Of a stretch of DNA of 64,000 nucleotides, positions 9,835 to 19,650 are shown piece by piece (position 1 is the first letter of the stretch; the number at the start of each line of letters is the position of its first letter). The translations under genes were made by a program, and so were the position numbers. Under the pieces are notes generated by a model. That model ran no database searches. It had not been told where the DNA came from and saw only the letters and a list, made by a program, of their open reading frames with translations. This DNA comes from Candidatus Cloacimonadales bacterium (lineage in GTDB: Bacteria; Cloacimonadota; Cloacimonadia; Cloacimonadales; JAFGVF01), in contig CAXXOU010000004.1 of the NCBI GenBank assembly GCA_963677495.2, forward strand, positions 864,001 through 928,000, read 5' to 3'.

Positions 9835-12075
9835 ATGAAGAAAGCATATAGAAATGACGCATACGCGAAAGTGACAGGTGAAGCTAAGTATACTGATGAT
9901 ATTAAGATGTATGGTATGCTTAATGCAGTACCGGTTTATACAGATTCAGTACATGCAAAGATTATTAGTATTGATAGCTCTAAAGCTCTTGAACAAGAGG
10001 GAGTTGTTAGGGTTATTACTGCTGAAGATATACCGGGAACTAATTTATTAGGGCAAATCTATAAGGATGCATATCTACTCGCATCAGATAAGATTAGGTT
10101 TCATGGTGATGTAGTTGCAATTGTTGTTGCGAAGACCAGAGAGCAGGCATTGAACGCAGCTCCATTTGTGGATATTGCGTTAGAGCAGTTAACTCCAATT
10201 ATAGATACTGAGAAAGCACTTGAAGATGATACTAACCTTGTACATGAATCAAAGGGTACGAATCTAATCAATAAACATGTGATTCGTAGGGGAGATGTAG
10301 ATAAAGCCTTTAAAGATTGCAACCTCATCTTTGAACGTGAGTTTGAAACAGGTCATGTGGAACATGCTTATCTTGAACCTGAGAATGCTCTTTGCTATAA
10401 ACGTGGAGATGGAGTGATGGAAGTGCGAGGAAGCATGCAACATCCATTCTCTACAAGAAGGTTTGTTGCTCAGACTCTTGGTGTAAAGCTTTCTGAAGTG
10501 GAGGTTGTAAGTGTTCCGATGGGTGGTGGATTTGGCGGTAAAGATGATACTGCAGGATTCGTTTGTGCCAGAACTGCTCTTGCATCTTTACTGTGTAATG
10601 CTCCCGTTAAGATGAATTACACTCGCGAATGGTCTATGAGGGAAAGTTATAAACGACATCCTTACAAGATGAAATATAAGATTGGATTGAAGGATAAGAA
10701 GTTTCATGCAGTTCAATGCAAGATGATTGCTGATGGTGGAGCTTTTACGTCTGTGACACCGTGGGTTACCTGGCGTTCAACTGTTCAATGCTGTGGGGCA
10801 TATCAAGTTCCAAATGTGAAAGCTGATATATATGGAGTACATACTATCAATCCTGCAACCGGTGCTTTCAGAGGTTTTGGCTCACCACAAGTTAACTTTG
10901 CAATTGAACAATTGGTTGAAGAATGTGCAGAGAAGCTTGGAATTACAGAGGTAGAGTTCAGAGAACTGAATATGTTAACCCAAGGTTGCAAGACAATTAC
11001 AGAGCAGAAGATGGATAACCATGTTGTGAATACAAAACTTGCTCTTGATAAAGTTATAAAGGCTTCCGACTACTCAAAGAAACTTCAGAAGTGCTGTTTT
11101 GGAAAAGGTGATAAGCAATACGGGATTGGCTTATCGCTATCATATAGAGGTTGTAGTCTCGGTGCTGAAGGCATGGATTTCTGTTCTGCCATAATCAATG
11201 CACAATTTGATGGAACCATACTACTTGAAACAGGTGTACATGAAAACGGACAGGGTGCTGAGAGTGCTATGATACTAATCTTAGCTGAGCAACTCGGTGT
11301 TGATATGGATAGAATCCGTTATAATCGTGCATCAACATCACATATACCAGATGGAGGAACAACTGTTGCCTCCAGAGGTACACTTATGGGTGGTGGAGCA
11401 GTAGTCAATGCTGTGAAAATACTTAAGAAGATAGTAGCTAAAGCATTGAAAACAGAGCTCAAATGTAATGTTGATGAAGTAGATTTTAGAGATGATAAAG
11501 TGTGGGGTAAAGGTGTTTCATTTAGCTGGGATAAGGTTGTGTCGATGATGCATTTAAAGAGTATCTATCCCTATGCCTTTGGAACATTTGCTGCACCTAA
11601 AGTAGATTGGGATGAAGAGACCGGAAAGGGTAAAGCATATTTTACTTGGGTTTACAGCGCCAATGTTGCAGAAGTGGAAGTGGATAAGAAAACAGGTAAG
11701 ATTAAGCTTCTAAATGCTTATGCGGTACATGATATAGGTAAAGCAATCAATAAACCGTATCTACTTGGGCAGATCTATGGAGGTCTTACTCAGGGAGCAG
11801 GTATGGCAGTTATGGAGGATTTAGGTTTAGAATCAGGTAAGATTACAAACTTGAACTTTCATAAATACAGGATTCCACGTATCACTGATGTACCGGATAT
11901 AGATGCAACTATTATTGAGTGTGAAGATGAAAACACTCCTTCCGGGGCAAAAGGTATAGGAGAACCTGCTTTAGAACTCATTGCTCCGGCTATTGCTAAT
12001 GCTGTGTATCGTGCAACAGGAAAGAGACAATTTAGTTATCCTCTTGAAAAGAGTATGAGGGATAAAGATGAATAA
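9835..12075 (+). CDS. Xanthine dehydrogenase family molybdopterin-binding subunit
   Basis: AKVTGEAKYTDD, HAYLEPE, MGGGFGGK, AFRGFGSPQ, GQG, ASRGT, AKGIGEP. Confidence 0.92.
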   Translation: MKKAYRNDAYAKVTGEAKYTDDIKMYGMLNAVPVYTDSVHAKIISIDSSKALEQEGVVRVITAEDIPGTNLLGQIYKDAYLLASDKIRFHGDVVAIVVAKTREQALNAAPFVDIALEQLTPIIDTEKALEDDTNLVHESKGTNLINKHVIRRGDVDKAFKDCNLIFEREFETGHVEHAYLEPENALCYKRGDGVMEVRGSMQHPFSTRRFVAQTLGVKLSEVEVVSVPMGGGFGGKDDTAGFVCARTALASLLCNAPVKMNYTREWSMRESYKRHPYKMKYKIGLKDKKFHAVQCKMIADGGAFTSVTPWVTWRSTVQCCGAYQVPNVKADIYGVHTINPATGAFRGFGSPQVNFAIEQLVEECAEKLGITEVEFRELNMLTQGCKTITEQKMDNHVVNTKLALDKVIKASDYSKKLQKCCFGKGDKQYGIGLSLSYRGCSLGAEGMDFCSAIINAQFDGTILLETGVHENGQGAESAMILILAEQLGVDMDRIRYNRASTSHIPDGGTTVASRGTLMGGGAVVNAVKILKKIVAKALKTELKCNVDEVDFRDDKVWGKGVSFSWDKVVSMMHLKSIYPYAFGTFAAPKVDWDEETGKGKAYFTWVYSANVAEVEVDKKTGKIKLLNAYAVHDIGKAINKPYLLGQIYGGLTQGAGMAVMEDLGLESGKITNLNFHKYRIPRITDVPDIDATIIECEDENTPSGAKGIGEPALELIAPAIANAVYRATGKRQFSYPLEKSMRDKDE

Positions 12076-12541
12076 ATCTATAGTGAATGGAAAAGAGATA
12101 GTTATTACTAATGAGTTTCTTGATATGAAACTCTTGGATTATATCAGAGAGGAATTAGATTTAACCGGTGCAAAGAACGGTTGTGATATTGGAGTTTGTG
12201 GTGCTTGTACTATAATAATTGATGATATTGCTGTCCGATCTTGTTTAAATAAGGTTAAGGATATCGTTGGACACGAAGTAATAACTATCGAGGGTTTAAA
12301 GAATCAAGATGGTTCTTTGCATCCGATACAGCAGGCATTTGTTGATTGTGGTGCAATACAGTGCGGTTTCTGTACCCCGGGGATGGTGTTATCTACTTAT
12401 GCCCTTCTGGTTAAGAATCCAAACCCGACAGTTGATGAGATTAAAAAAGCACTTAAAGGCAACTTGTGTAGGTGCACAGGATATAAACAGATAATAGATG
12501 CAGTTTTGCATGCTAGTAAGATTATGAGGAAAGATAAATGA
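12068..12541 (+). CDS. Xanthine dehydrogenase family 2Fe-2S subunit
   Basis: GAKNGCDIGVCGAC, QCGFCTPG, GNLCRCTGY. Confidence 0.93.
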   Translation: MNKSIVNGKEIVITNEFLDMKLLDYIREELDLTGAKNGCDIGVCGACTIIIDDIAVRSCLNKVKDIVGHEVITIEGLKNQDGSLHPIQQAFVDCGAIQCGFCTPGMVLSTYALLVKNPNPTVDEIKKALKGNLCRCTGYKQIIDAVLHASKIMRKDK

Positions 12542-13725
12542 TGAAGAATTTAGAAGAGAAGATAGAAAGATTCTTGGCTTTGGACATTGGAGATTATAGT
12601 AATGATTTTCTGCTCACGTGGGAAAAGACAGATAACCAGATAGAAGCTACTCAGCTACTTACCGAGATATTCTCTGAATTACACAAACATAAACGCTCTT
12701 TCAGATCATTTACTGAAGGATTAGCAATATCTATATTCAGAGACAATTCAACAAGGACAAGGTTTAGTTATGCATCTGCAGCTAATGCTTTAGGACTTGC
12801 TGTAAGTGATTTAGATGAGCAAAAATCACAGATCGCTCATGGTGAAACAGTGCGTGAGACGGCCAATATGATATCATTTTTAGCAGAAGCGATTGGAATC
12901 AGGGATGATATGTATCTTGGTGAAGGAAATAAGTATATGCGCGAAGTTTCTGAAGCACTTGATTTAGGATTTAATGAAGAAACTCTACATCAAAGACCTG
13001 CTCTTATAAATCTTCAATGCGATATAGATCATCCAACCCAGTCTATGGCCGACTTGGCTATGTTAAGAGACTATTTTGGTGGAGTAGAGAATCTGAAAGG
13101 TAAGAAGATAGCTATGACCTGGGCTTATTCTCCAAGCTATGGTAAACCTCTTAGTGTACCACAAGGTATTATTGGTCTCATGACTCGGATGGGTATGGAA
13201 GTAACTTTAGCACACCCTGAAGGATATGGCCTCATTCCTGATGTAGTGAAGTTAGCCGGACAGCAAGCATTGGAATCAGGTGGTAGTTTTAAGGTTGTAG
13301 ATAGTATGGAGGAAGCATTCAATGATGCAGATATTGTATATCCTAAATCATGGGCTCCCTATCATGTTATGCAGCAGAGAACAGAGCTTCTAAAGAATGA
13401 GGATCTGGAAGGTTTGAAGGAACTTGAGAAGTCATGTCTTGAGAACAATGCGAAGTACATGGATTGGGAATGTACTGAAGAGAAGATGAAACTGACAAAA
13501 GATGGAAAAGCATTATATATGCACTGTCTTCCTGCTGATATTACAGATGTAAGTTGTGAAAGGGGAGAGGTAGCAAAGTCAGTTTTTGATAGATATAGAA
13601 AAGAGACTTATAAAGAAGCAGGATATAAACCATTTGTTATTGCTGCTATGATTTTCTTAGCAAGGTTTAAGAATCCTAAGCTTAAACTTACAGAAATATT
13701 AGAACGCAACATTGAGAGATACTAA
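12538..13725 (+). CDS. ygeW: Knotted carbamoyltransferase YgeW
   Basis: FRDNSTRTRFS, QCDIDHPTQ, WAYSPSYGKPLSVPQG, MHCLPADI. Confidence 0.92.
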   Translation: MMKNLEEKIERFLALDIGDYSNDFLLTWEKTDNQIEATQLLTEIFSELHKHKRSFRSFTEGLAISIFRDNSTRTRFSYASAANALGLAVSDLDEQKSQIAHGETVRETANMISFLAEAIGIRDDMYLGEGNKYMREVSEALDLGFNEETLHQRPALINLQCDIDHPTQSMADLAMLRDYFGGVENLKGKKIAMTWAYSPSYGKPLSVPQGIIGLMTRMGMEVTLAHPEGYGLIPDVVKLAGQQALESGGSFKVVDSMEEAFNDADIVYPKSWAPYHVMQQRTELLKNEDLEGLKELEKSCLENNAKYMDWECTEEKMKLTKDGKALYMHCLPADITDVSCERGEVAKSVFDRYRKETYKEAGYKPFVIAAMIFLARFKNPKLKLTEILERNIERY

Positions 13726-13734
13726 GGGGGAGTC

Positions 13735-15195
13735 ATGAATAGAACAGAAATACTCAACAACACAATAAAAAGATGCAGAGAAAAGAATATAATCATCCCA
13801 ACCTATAAGCAGATGAGAAACCCTAAGCTTGTTCCTGATGCCATCAAGAATGGACTTAAAGATGTTGGATTATGGGATTTGAATCCCTTGAATTTGTTCC
13901 GCATCACTTGGAAGAATGAGCCAGTGACCAAAGGTGGTGGTTATGGTGATGTAAACTATATCAAATTGCCTTCTGAGCTTACAGGTATTCCTTCTCCAAT
14001 CTATGTACTCATTGGGAAATACTTCCCAACAGGAGCACATAAAGTGGGTGCAACATTTGGTCCATTAGTTGAGAAACTGATTACTGGTAGATTTGATCCT
14101 ACAACACAGAAAGCACTCTGGCCTTCTACTGGTAACTACTGTAGAGGTGGAGCTTACAACTCAGCTTTACTTGATTGCCATGCTATTGCTATTCTACCTG
14201 AAGAGATGAGTCAGGAACGATTCAACTGGCTTAAAGAGATTGGTGCTGAGGTGTTCGCAACACCGGGTTGTGAGAGCAATGTAAAAGAGATTTATGATAA
14301 AGCAAAAGAGTTACTACATGAACGGGGTGATACAATTGTTAACATGAACCAATTCGAGCAGTTTGGTAACCCGATATGGCACTATGCTGTAACCGGCCCT
14401 GCAATGGAAGAAGTTTTCAATAATGAGAAGAAAGACAATGACAGATTTGCAGGTGTATTTCTTACACAAGGATCTGCAGGTACACTCGGAGCAGCTGAGT
14501 ATCTGAAAGAGGTATATCCACATATGAAGCTATCAGTTGGTGAAGCATTACAATGTCCTACACTCTTATATAATGGCTTTGGTGGACATAGAATTGAAGG
14601 TATTGGTGACAAACATGTTCCTTGGGTACACAATATTAAGACTATGGATATGGCAGCAGGCATCGATGATGATTTAGTAATCGCAACAATGCGCTTGTTT
14701 AACGAACCGGAAGGGCAGCAATATCTATTGGAGAAAGGTATCAAGCAAGAGTTAATTAATCAGCTTGAGCTCTTAGGTATCTCTTCTATTGCCAACATTA
14801 TCGGTACAATCAAGATGGCTAAATATTATGAAATGACTGAAGAAGATGCACTGTTTACAGTAGCAACAGATTCAATGGAGATGTATCAATCTCGTATGGA
14901 AGAATATAGTAATAAAGAGGGAATATATACACGAGAAAGAGCAGCAGTTGACTTTGATGGAAGACTGCTGCATCTCGGGATTGATTCCCAGATAGAGTTG
15001 ACATACTACGATAAAAAGAGAATGCATAACCTTAAATACTTCACTTGGGTTGAACAACAAGGTAAGACTGTTGAAGAATTGAATGCCCAGTGGTATGACC
15101 GAGGATATTGGACCGATAAATTCTCGCAAGTAAATGAATGGGATAGACAAATTGAGGAGTTCAACGCTAAAACAGGACTTCTAAAGGAGTTATAG
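13735..15195 (+). CDS. Fold-type II PLP-dependent enzyme (Trp-synthase-beta/Cys-synthase-like)
   Basis: PTGAHKVGA (PLP lysine), PSTGNY, GSAGTLG, HRIEGIGDKH. Confidence 0.8.
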   Translation: MNRTEILNNTIKRCREKNIIIPTYKQMRNPKLVPDAIKNGLKDVGLWDLNPLNLFRITWKNEPVTKGGGYGDVNYIKLPSELTGIPSPIYVLIGKYFPTGAHKVGATFGPLVEKLITGRFDPTTQKALWPSTGNYCRGGAYNSALLDCHAIAILPEEMSQERFNWLKEIGAEVFATPGCESNVKEIYDKAKELLHERGDTIVNMNQFEQFGNPIWHYAVTGPAMEEVFNNEKKDNDRFAGVFLTQGSAGTLGAAEYLKEVYPHMKLSVGEALQCPTLLYNGFGGHRIEGIGDKHVPWVHNIKTMDMAAGIDDDLVIATMRLFNEPEGQQYLLEKGIKQELINQLELLGISSIANIIGTIKMAKYYEMTEEDALFTVATDSMEMYQSRMEEYSNKEGIYTRERAAVDFDGRLLHLGIDSQIELTYYDKKRMHNLKYFTWVEQQGKTVEELNAQWYDRGYWTDKFSQVNEWDRQIEEFNAKTGLLKEL

Positions 15196-15738
15196 ATTAC
15201 TGCTATCATTTTAGCAGGGGGCTACGGACGCAGAATCGGTAGCCCCAAAGCTTTACTTAAAATAGATAAGATTACTTATCTCGAGAAAGCTCTTAATAAC
15301 TGTGCTACCTGTGACAAAGTTGTTATTGTTGTTAATCCAATTGTTAAAGATTATTGTGATACACTCAAAGTTGATTGCAAGCTTGTAGTGAATCATAGTA
15401 GAGAATCCACGATGATTGATAGCATAGTTCTTGGATTGAACGCTTTCAGTGATGAGTACTACATAATCTATCCGGTAGACTTTCCATTTGTTAAAAAAGG
15501 AACAGTGGATCTGTTAATCGAACAGACCACCAATAAGCAAGATGTCGTAAAACCAACGTATTTAGGGATTTCCGGACATCCGATCTTAATATCTGCAAAT
15601 ATCAGAGATAGTATTCTCCAAAACCCAACTTTACCATTATCAAAATATCTTGACCCGAAGAAAACCAGCAGAATAAATTGCAATGATAAAGGTATTCTAA
15701 AGAATGTAAATTATCTTAAAGACATAAGGGGCAAGTAA
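15196..15738 (+). CDS. Molybdenum cofactor nucleotidyltransferase (MocA/MobA-like), extended upstream of the ORF-track start
   Basis: Open frame from 15196 reads ITAIILAGGYGRRIGSPKALL; later PVDFPFV, GHPILIS, NVN motifs; no canonical start before GTG 15388. Confidence 0.8.
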   Translation: MTAIILAGGYGRRIGSPKALLKIDKITYLEKALNNCATCDKVVIVVNPIVKDYCDTLKVDCKLVVNHSRESTMIDSIVLGLNAFSDEYYIIYPVDFPFVKKGTVDLLIEQTTNKQDVVKPTYLGISGHPILISANIRDSILQNPTLPLSKYLDPKKTSRINCNDKGILKNVNYLKDIRGK

Positions 15739-16506
15739 ATGAACAATAACTTTTATAGACATTTAGCAGAATTTATTACTAATAGCACACCGGCATGGAT
15801 TGTTACAATAACCGATGTAGATGGCTCATCTCCAGCGGCAGAAGGTATGAAAATGCTTATTTCTGAAGATGGAGGAGAAGTACATGGTTCTATTGGTGGT
15901 GGAGACATTGAATATCAAATCATTGACCTCGTAAGAACTGAGAAACCTTTGCAAACTAAATCGATAGAGTTTGACTTAGGAAAACTTGAAACAAATGATA
16001 TGATTTGTGGTGGTATCGCAAAAGTAATGATTGAACCGCTTAATCAGCATCCGGTTCTCTATATCTATGGTGCCGGTCATTGTGGGATTGCTCTGAGTTC
16101 TCTGGCCTCTAAATGTGGATTCAGAGTAGTAATTGCTGATAGTAGAAAGGAATGGGCTAACTCTAATAAGCATCCTGATGCTGAAAGATTTGAGATTATT
16201 GATTATTCTCAAGCTGGAGATATCATTGCTAATCAGAAGAAAGCTTATGCTGTTATCATGACTTTTGGACATCAACATGATGAAGAAGTTCTCGAATCTC
16301 TTGTGAAAATGGATTTACATTATCTGGGTATGATGGGAAGTAAAAGTAAAACAAAAGAAGTATTCGATAACCTTATGCAAAAGGGAATAAAGCAACCGCA
16401 GCTAGATAAAGTTCATGCGCCAATCGGACTAAAAATTGGTTCAAGAACACCATGGGAAATTGCCGTAAGTATTATGGCTGAGATGATAAAAGTAAAATGT
16501 GAATAG
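15739..16506 (+). CDS. XdhC/CoxI family xanthine dehydrogenase maturation factor
   Basis: GSSP, GSIGGG.IE, MICGG, YGAGHCG, YLGMMGSK, APIGLKIGSRTPWEIAVSI. Confidence 0.9.
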   Translation: MNNNFYRHLAEFITNSTPAWIVTITDVDGSSPAAEGMKMLISEDGGEVHGSIGGGDIEYQIIDLVRTEKPLQTKSIEFDLGKLETNDMICGGIAKVMIEPLNQHPVLYIYGAGHCGIALSSLASKCGFRVVIADSRKEWANSNKHPDAERFEIIDYSQAGDIIANQKKAYAVIMTFGHQHDEEVLESLVKMDLHYLGMMGSKSKTKEVFDNLMQKGIKQPQLDKVHAPIGLKIGSRTPWEIAVSIMAEMIKVKCE

Positions 16507-16508
16507 AA

Positions 16509-16931
16509 CTATTTATTCTCTCTTTTGATGCTTTCATAAATCCAAGCGGAAACGATAAAGAATTTATATATCAAAAGATAGCAGATTATAACTGTTATCC
16601 AGAAGGTCTTTCCAAACATAGCTTTCAACTCACAACCATTATAAAAGCTTAAGTCTTTTATCGCGATAGAAAATGAAGTAAAACTAGGAATTATCCATGA
16701 TAAAGAGGCAAACATTCGTCTATACCAGGTTGGAAGCATTGTAACCCCTTTAGCAGCCTCTGGCATTATGGCATGGATACCCATTAGAAAAGCAGGACAT
16801 GAAACTGCAAATGTGCCTATGAGTGTCTTTAATCCTAAATCTCCGATAAACATAACCATTACAGAAAAAAGCGCACTATAGATTACTGCAATCAGATAAT
16901 GAATCCATATTTTTGAAAAGTCAATTTTCAT
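16509..16931 (-). CDS. Hypothetical integral membrane protein (about 4 TM segments)
   Basis: Hydrophobic stretches; GGAG upstream of ATG 16931 (ORF track 16943). Confidence 0.6.
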   Translation of the reverse strand: MKIDFSKIWIHYLIAVIYSALFSVMVMFIGDLGLKTLIGTFAVSCPAFLMGIHAIMPEAAKGVTMLPTWYRRMFASLSWIIPSFTSFSIAIKDLSFYNGCELKAMFGKTFWITVIICYLLIYKFFIVSAWIYESIKRENK

Positions 16932-17065
16932 GAAAAACTCCATTGTTTAAGTGGTGCAACATTGCATTATCAGGTATTATTAGCAAGATAATTCGCTTTA
17001 AATTTTGCTTGTCACCAAATTAACCTATATTTTCAGTGTGACTGTCAGAGTTCAAAGGAGGACTT

Positions 17066-17932
17066 ATGAACGGAAAGAAAAAATATGCCAGTCTCTTCAG
17101 AAGATGCAATGAACAAGAGTATAAGACAGCATTTGCATTTTTTTACTTCGATAGTAAAAAAGGGGAGACTTGGGAGACACCTTTTAAAAAATTAGTTGAT
17201 CTGGCTGATAATGAAAGCTGGAATTTTACATCAAAAGATGCGAAAAATAGATATAGAAATCAGGACATTCCAATCTTAACTAATTACTTGAACTATACTT
17301 TTATGAGACTTCAAGATGAGAATAAGATTTGTTATAGTAATTCAGGGAACTGGTCTTGTTTTAACACTGGGCTGCAGACTAAATATGGATCTGATATTTT
17401 TGCCATTTTCTCTAAAAATAGTAATGATAATGGAGATGCTTGTCACTGGTATTTTCAAGACTTTATAAAATCCAATGATGATAGAATGAAATATTATTCT
17501 TATGCACCGGAACTTGCTGATTATATTGTTAATCCTGCAGAGCTTATCTTTGATTATAAACTTGATATTGAGATTAACTATGAACATATAATTGAAGATA
17601 ATATTGAACGTTTCCCTAAAGAGCTAAATCGAAATCAAATGCTTATCCGAAATGCTCTTTTTGGTGCTGTAGAAGCTTCTAAGAAGAAGATACGTAGAAA
17701 TTACCATTACAGTGTTCCTATTTGGCATAAAGATAGTATTCAACTATTAATGCCGGTAGCTCTTGTTAACCCTGAGAACAGACCCGATATGGCAATCGTT
17801 CTAGATAAACAAGAATCACCTGAGGATAATAGCAAATCATTATACATAGCTAGAACAGTTTTAACAATGGACCAAGCATATATGAATGCAAGACTAATCG
17901 CTAAAACTGGAAGGACTTGGTTAGTACCCTAA
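17066..17932 (+). CDS. DUF3825 domain protein
   Basis: ILTNYLNYTFMRL, CFNTGL, HIIEDNIERFP, QLLMP, TVLTMDQAYMNARLI, terminal WL; strong AGGAGG RBS. Confidence 0.75.
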   Translation: MNGKKKYASLFRRCNEQEYKTAFAFFYFDSKKGETWETPFKKLVDLADNESWNFTSKDAKNRYRNQDIPILTNYLNYTFMRLQDENKICYSNSGNWSCFNTGLQTKYGSDIFAIFSKNSNDNGDACHWYFQDFIKSNDDRMKYYSYAPELADYIVNPAELIFDYKLDIEINYEHIIEDNIERFPKELNRNQMLIRNALFGAVEASKKKIRRNYHYSVPIWHKDSIQLLMPVALVNPENRPDMAIVLDKQESPEDNSKSLYIARTVLTMDQAYMNARLIAKTGRTWLVP

Positions 17933-17991
17933 AATACTTAAAACTAATTTATTATTAAGCTCTAATCGATGCTTCATTAGTCTTTCATAAT

Positions 17992-18068
17992 TCACGGGAC
18001 ACACTCGGGACTTTTCCCGAGAAATTCCCTTGTAAGTCGCATAAAACTCCCAAATAATCCCCGCGAGT
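17992..18068. repeat. Degenerate 11-bp periodic GGGA/TCCC inverted array
   Basis: cacgggacaca ctcgggacttt tcccgagaaat tcccttgtaag tcgcataaaac tcccaaataat cccc. Confidence 0.55.
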
Positions 18069-18127
18069 TGTGATAGGTTAGTGAAAGTGTGGATTGCATC
18101 AGCTGCGAAGATACACCAGCCACTCGA

Positions 18128-18190
18128 CCGCTTTATGGAGTTTGTCAGATATGAAGCTTGCGGAGCGGGAACGGACTTCATCAAAAGCAC
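18128..18190 (+). other. Conserved stem motif GGAGTTTGTCAG...AACGGACTTC (copy 1), candidate structured RNA/REP
   Basis: Same motif on minus strand at 28528-28583. Confidence 0.5.
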
Positions 18191-18278
18191 ACAGCATAAC
18201 CTACATCAATACGGGTTTTGTGCTAATTCAGAAAGTGCCACATACAAACCGACTCAGTCGGTTAAATCCATAGTTGGG

Positions 18279-19106
18279 TTATTTAGCAAATACAATTATA
18301 CTGAAAATGGCGATTACTATCATAAATGCAGGACTGATAAACGCAAGCCACTTTGTATCTTTTAGTTTTGTCTTTTGGATAGCACCATAGGGGAGAAGTG
18401 AGAAGATTGTAAGACTTAAACTCATGCCTAAACCGATTGATAGTGTAGCGATAATGATTTTAACAAAATCATTGGTTGTAAGCATTAGATAATTAATTAC
18501 CAGTAGCGTGGCAGGACATGGTACAATACCAATGGCAAGCACTAAAGTCCAGAAGGTTAGCTTCCTGTTTTTCTTACTTGTAAGATTATTTACTATCATT
18601 GAGACAGCTACAATGATAATTAAGGCAAAAGAGGAGAGCTGGGCAAACCTGATAATTGAGTCTGAATGCTTAATAACCGAAAGATTACTTATCCCTTTCA
18701 GCACCATGAGCAATAAAAATGTAGATATTGCATGCACAATCCCGATTAAGAACGTACTTCTGACCCGTTTAATTCGATTCATCGGGTTAGCTGAGAAGTA
18801 ACCGATTATGAATAACTTACCATGACCTGGGCCTAAAGCATGAACCAATCCATAAAGAAAGATAAGAAAACAGAATGTAATGAATCCTTCTTTAGTCTTA
18901 AGTTTCTTATTAACCTTATGCATACGAAAACGAATCTCTCGTTGGAGTTTTAATAGAGGTTTGAATGATGGACCTGTAGAGTAAGTTGGTTTGGCGACTC
19001 GAATAGAATCGGCTTTTGGTGCTGCATGCCTATTTCCTATCAACGGATTTGCGAATGCAGTGGTGAATGATATAATAATCAGAAATACAGCAATGTATCT
19101 ATTCAT
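18279..19106 (-). CDS. Nickel/cobalt transporter (RcnA/NicO family)
   Basis: YGLVHALGPGHGK and GIVPCPA motifs, multiple TMs. Confidence 0.85.
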   Translation of the reverse strand: MNRYIAVFLIIISFTTAFANPLIGNRHAAPKADSIRVAKPTYSTGPSFKPLLKLQREIRFRMHKVNKKLKTKEGFITFCFLIFLYGLVHALGPGHGKLFIIGYFSANPMNRIKRVRSTFLIGIVHAISTFLLLMVLKGISNLSVIKHSDSIIRFAQLSSFALIIIVAVSMIVNNLTSKKNRKLTFWTLVLAIGIVPCPATLLVINYLMLTTNDFVKIIIATLSIGLGMSLSLTIFSLLPYGAIQKTKLKDTKWLAFISPAFMIVIAIFSIIVFAK

Positions 19107-19650
19107 TAACTGTTATCTCAAACTGAGGAACCGGTAGTTTCCCATACATCTCAAAGTTGACTCTAACTCGTTTTTCTTCAAATGATACGTTTTGCAGATC
19201 CTGAGATTTTGACATCAGAGCACACACTTCAATATAGTATGTTGGGTCATAACTAATGATTTTAGCGTTTTTCTTTGGTAATATGTATTCAAATGTGTAA
19301 TGGACATCTTCTTCGTCTATATATGCCTTAAAATTGCTTACAGAATTTATTGTGAAAGCACTCTCATTAACTTTAACATCATAAAGGTAATTGAAGTTCT
19401 GTACAAAGTTGAAAGCATTGACTTCTAAAGAATCGATTTCCGCACCTTCAAACAATCCATTCTTATCATAATCAAAGTCCTCGATAAGACTCAAAGAAAA
19501 GTATGGATCAAATTGCCAGTCTGTTTGAATAAGTAATGAATCACTTGAATGAGTTGCAATAGTAATCTTACTATCAATGAACATGTGAGGGTGAGCAAAC
19601 ATGTTTAAAGATATAAGCAGTAAAACAAAGATTAGTATAAGTTTATTCAT
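19099..19650 (-). CDS. DUF1007 family periplasmic protein
   Basis: Signal peptide followed by AHPHMFID, WQFD, YDPTYY; typical partner of RcnA-like genes. Confidence 0.8.
   Translation of the reverse strand: MNKLILIFVLLLISLNMFAHPHMFIDSKITIATHSSDSLLIQTDWQFDPYFSLSLIEDFDYDKNGLFEGAEIDSLEVNAFNFVQNFNYLYDVKVNESAFTINSVSNFKAYIDEEDVHYTFEYILPKKNAKIISYDPTYYIEVCALMSKSQDLQNVSFEEKRVRVNFEMYGKLPVPQFEITVNE

Noticed and set aside
9835..16506. Selenocysteine recoding in the xdh cluster
   Set aside because: No in-frame TGA interrupts these ORFs; the only odd junction is the TAG/ATT at 15193-15198
18081..18365. 94-aa plus-strand ORF (and 17921-18190 on minus)
   Set aside because: Overlap the structured intergenic motif and neighbouring genes; no coding signal
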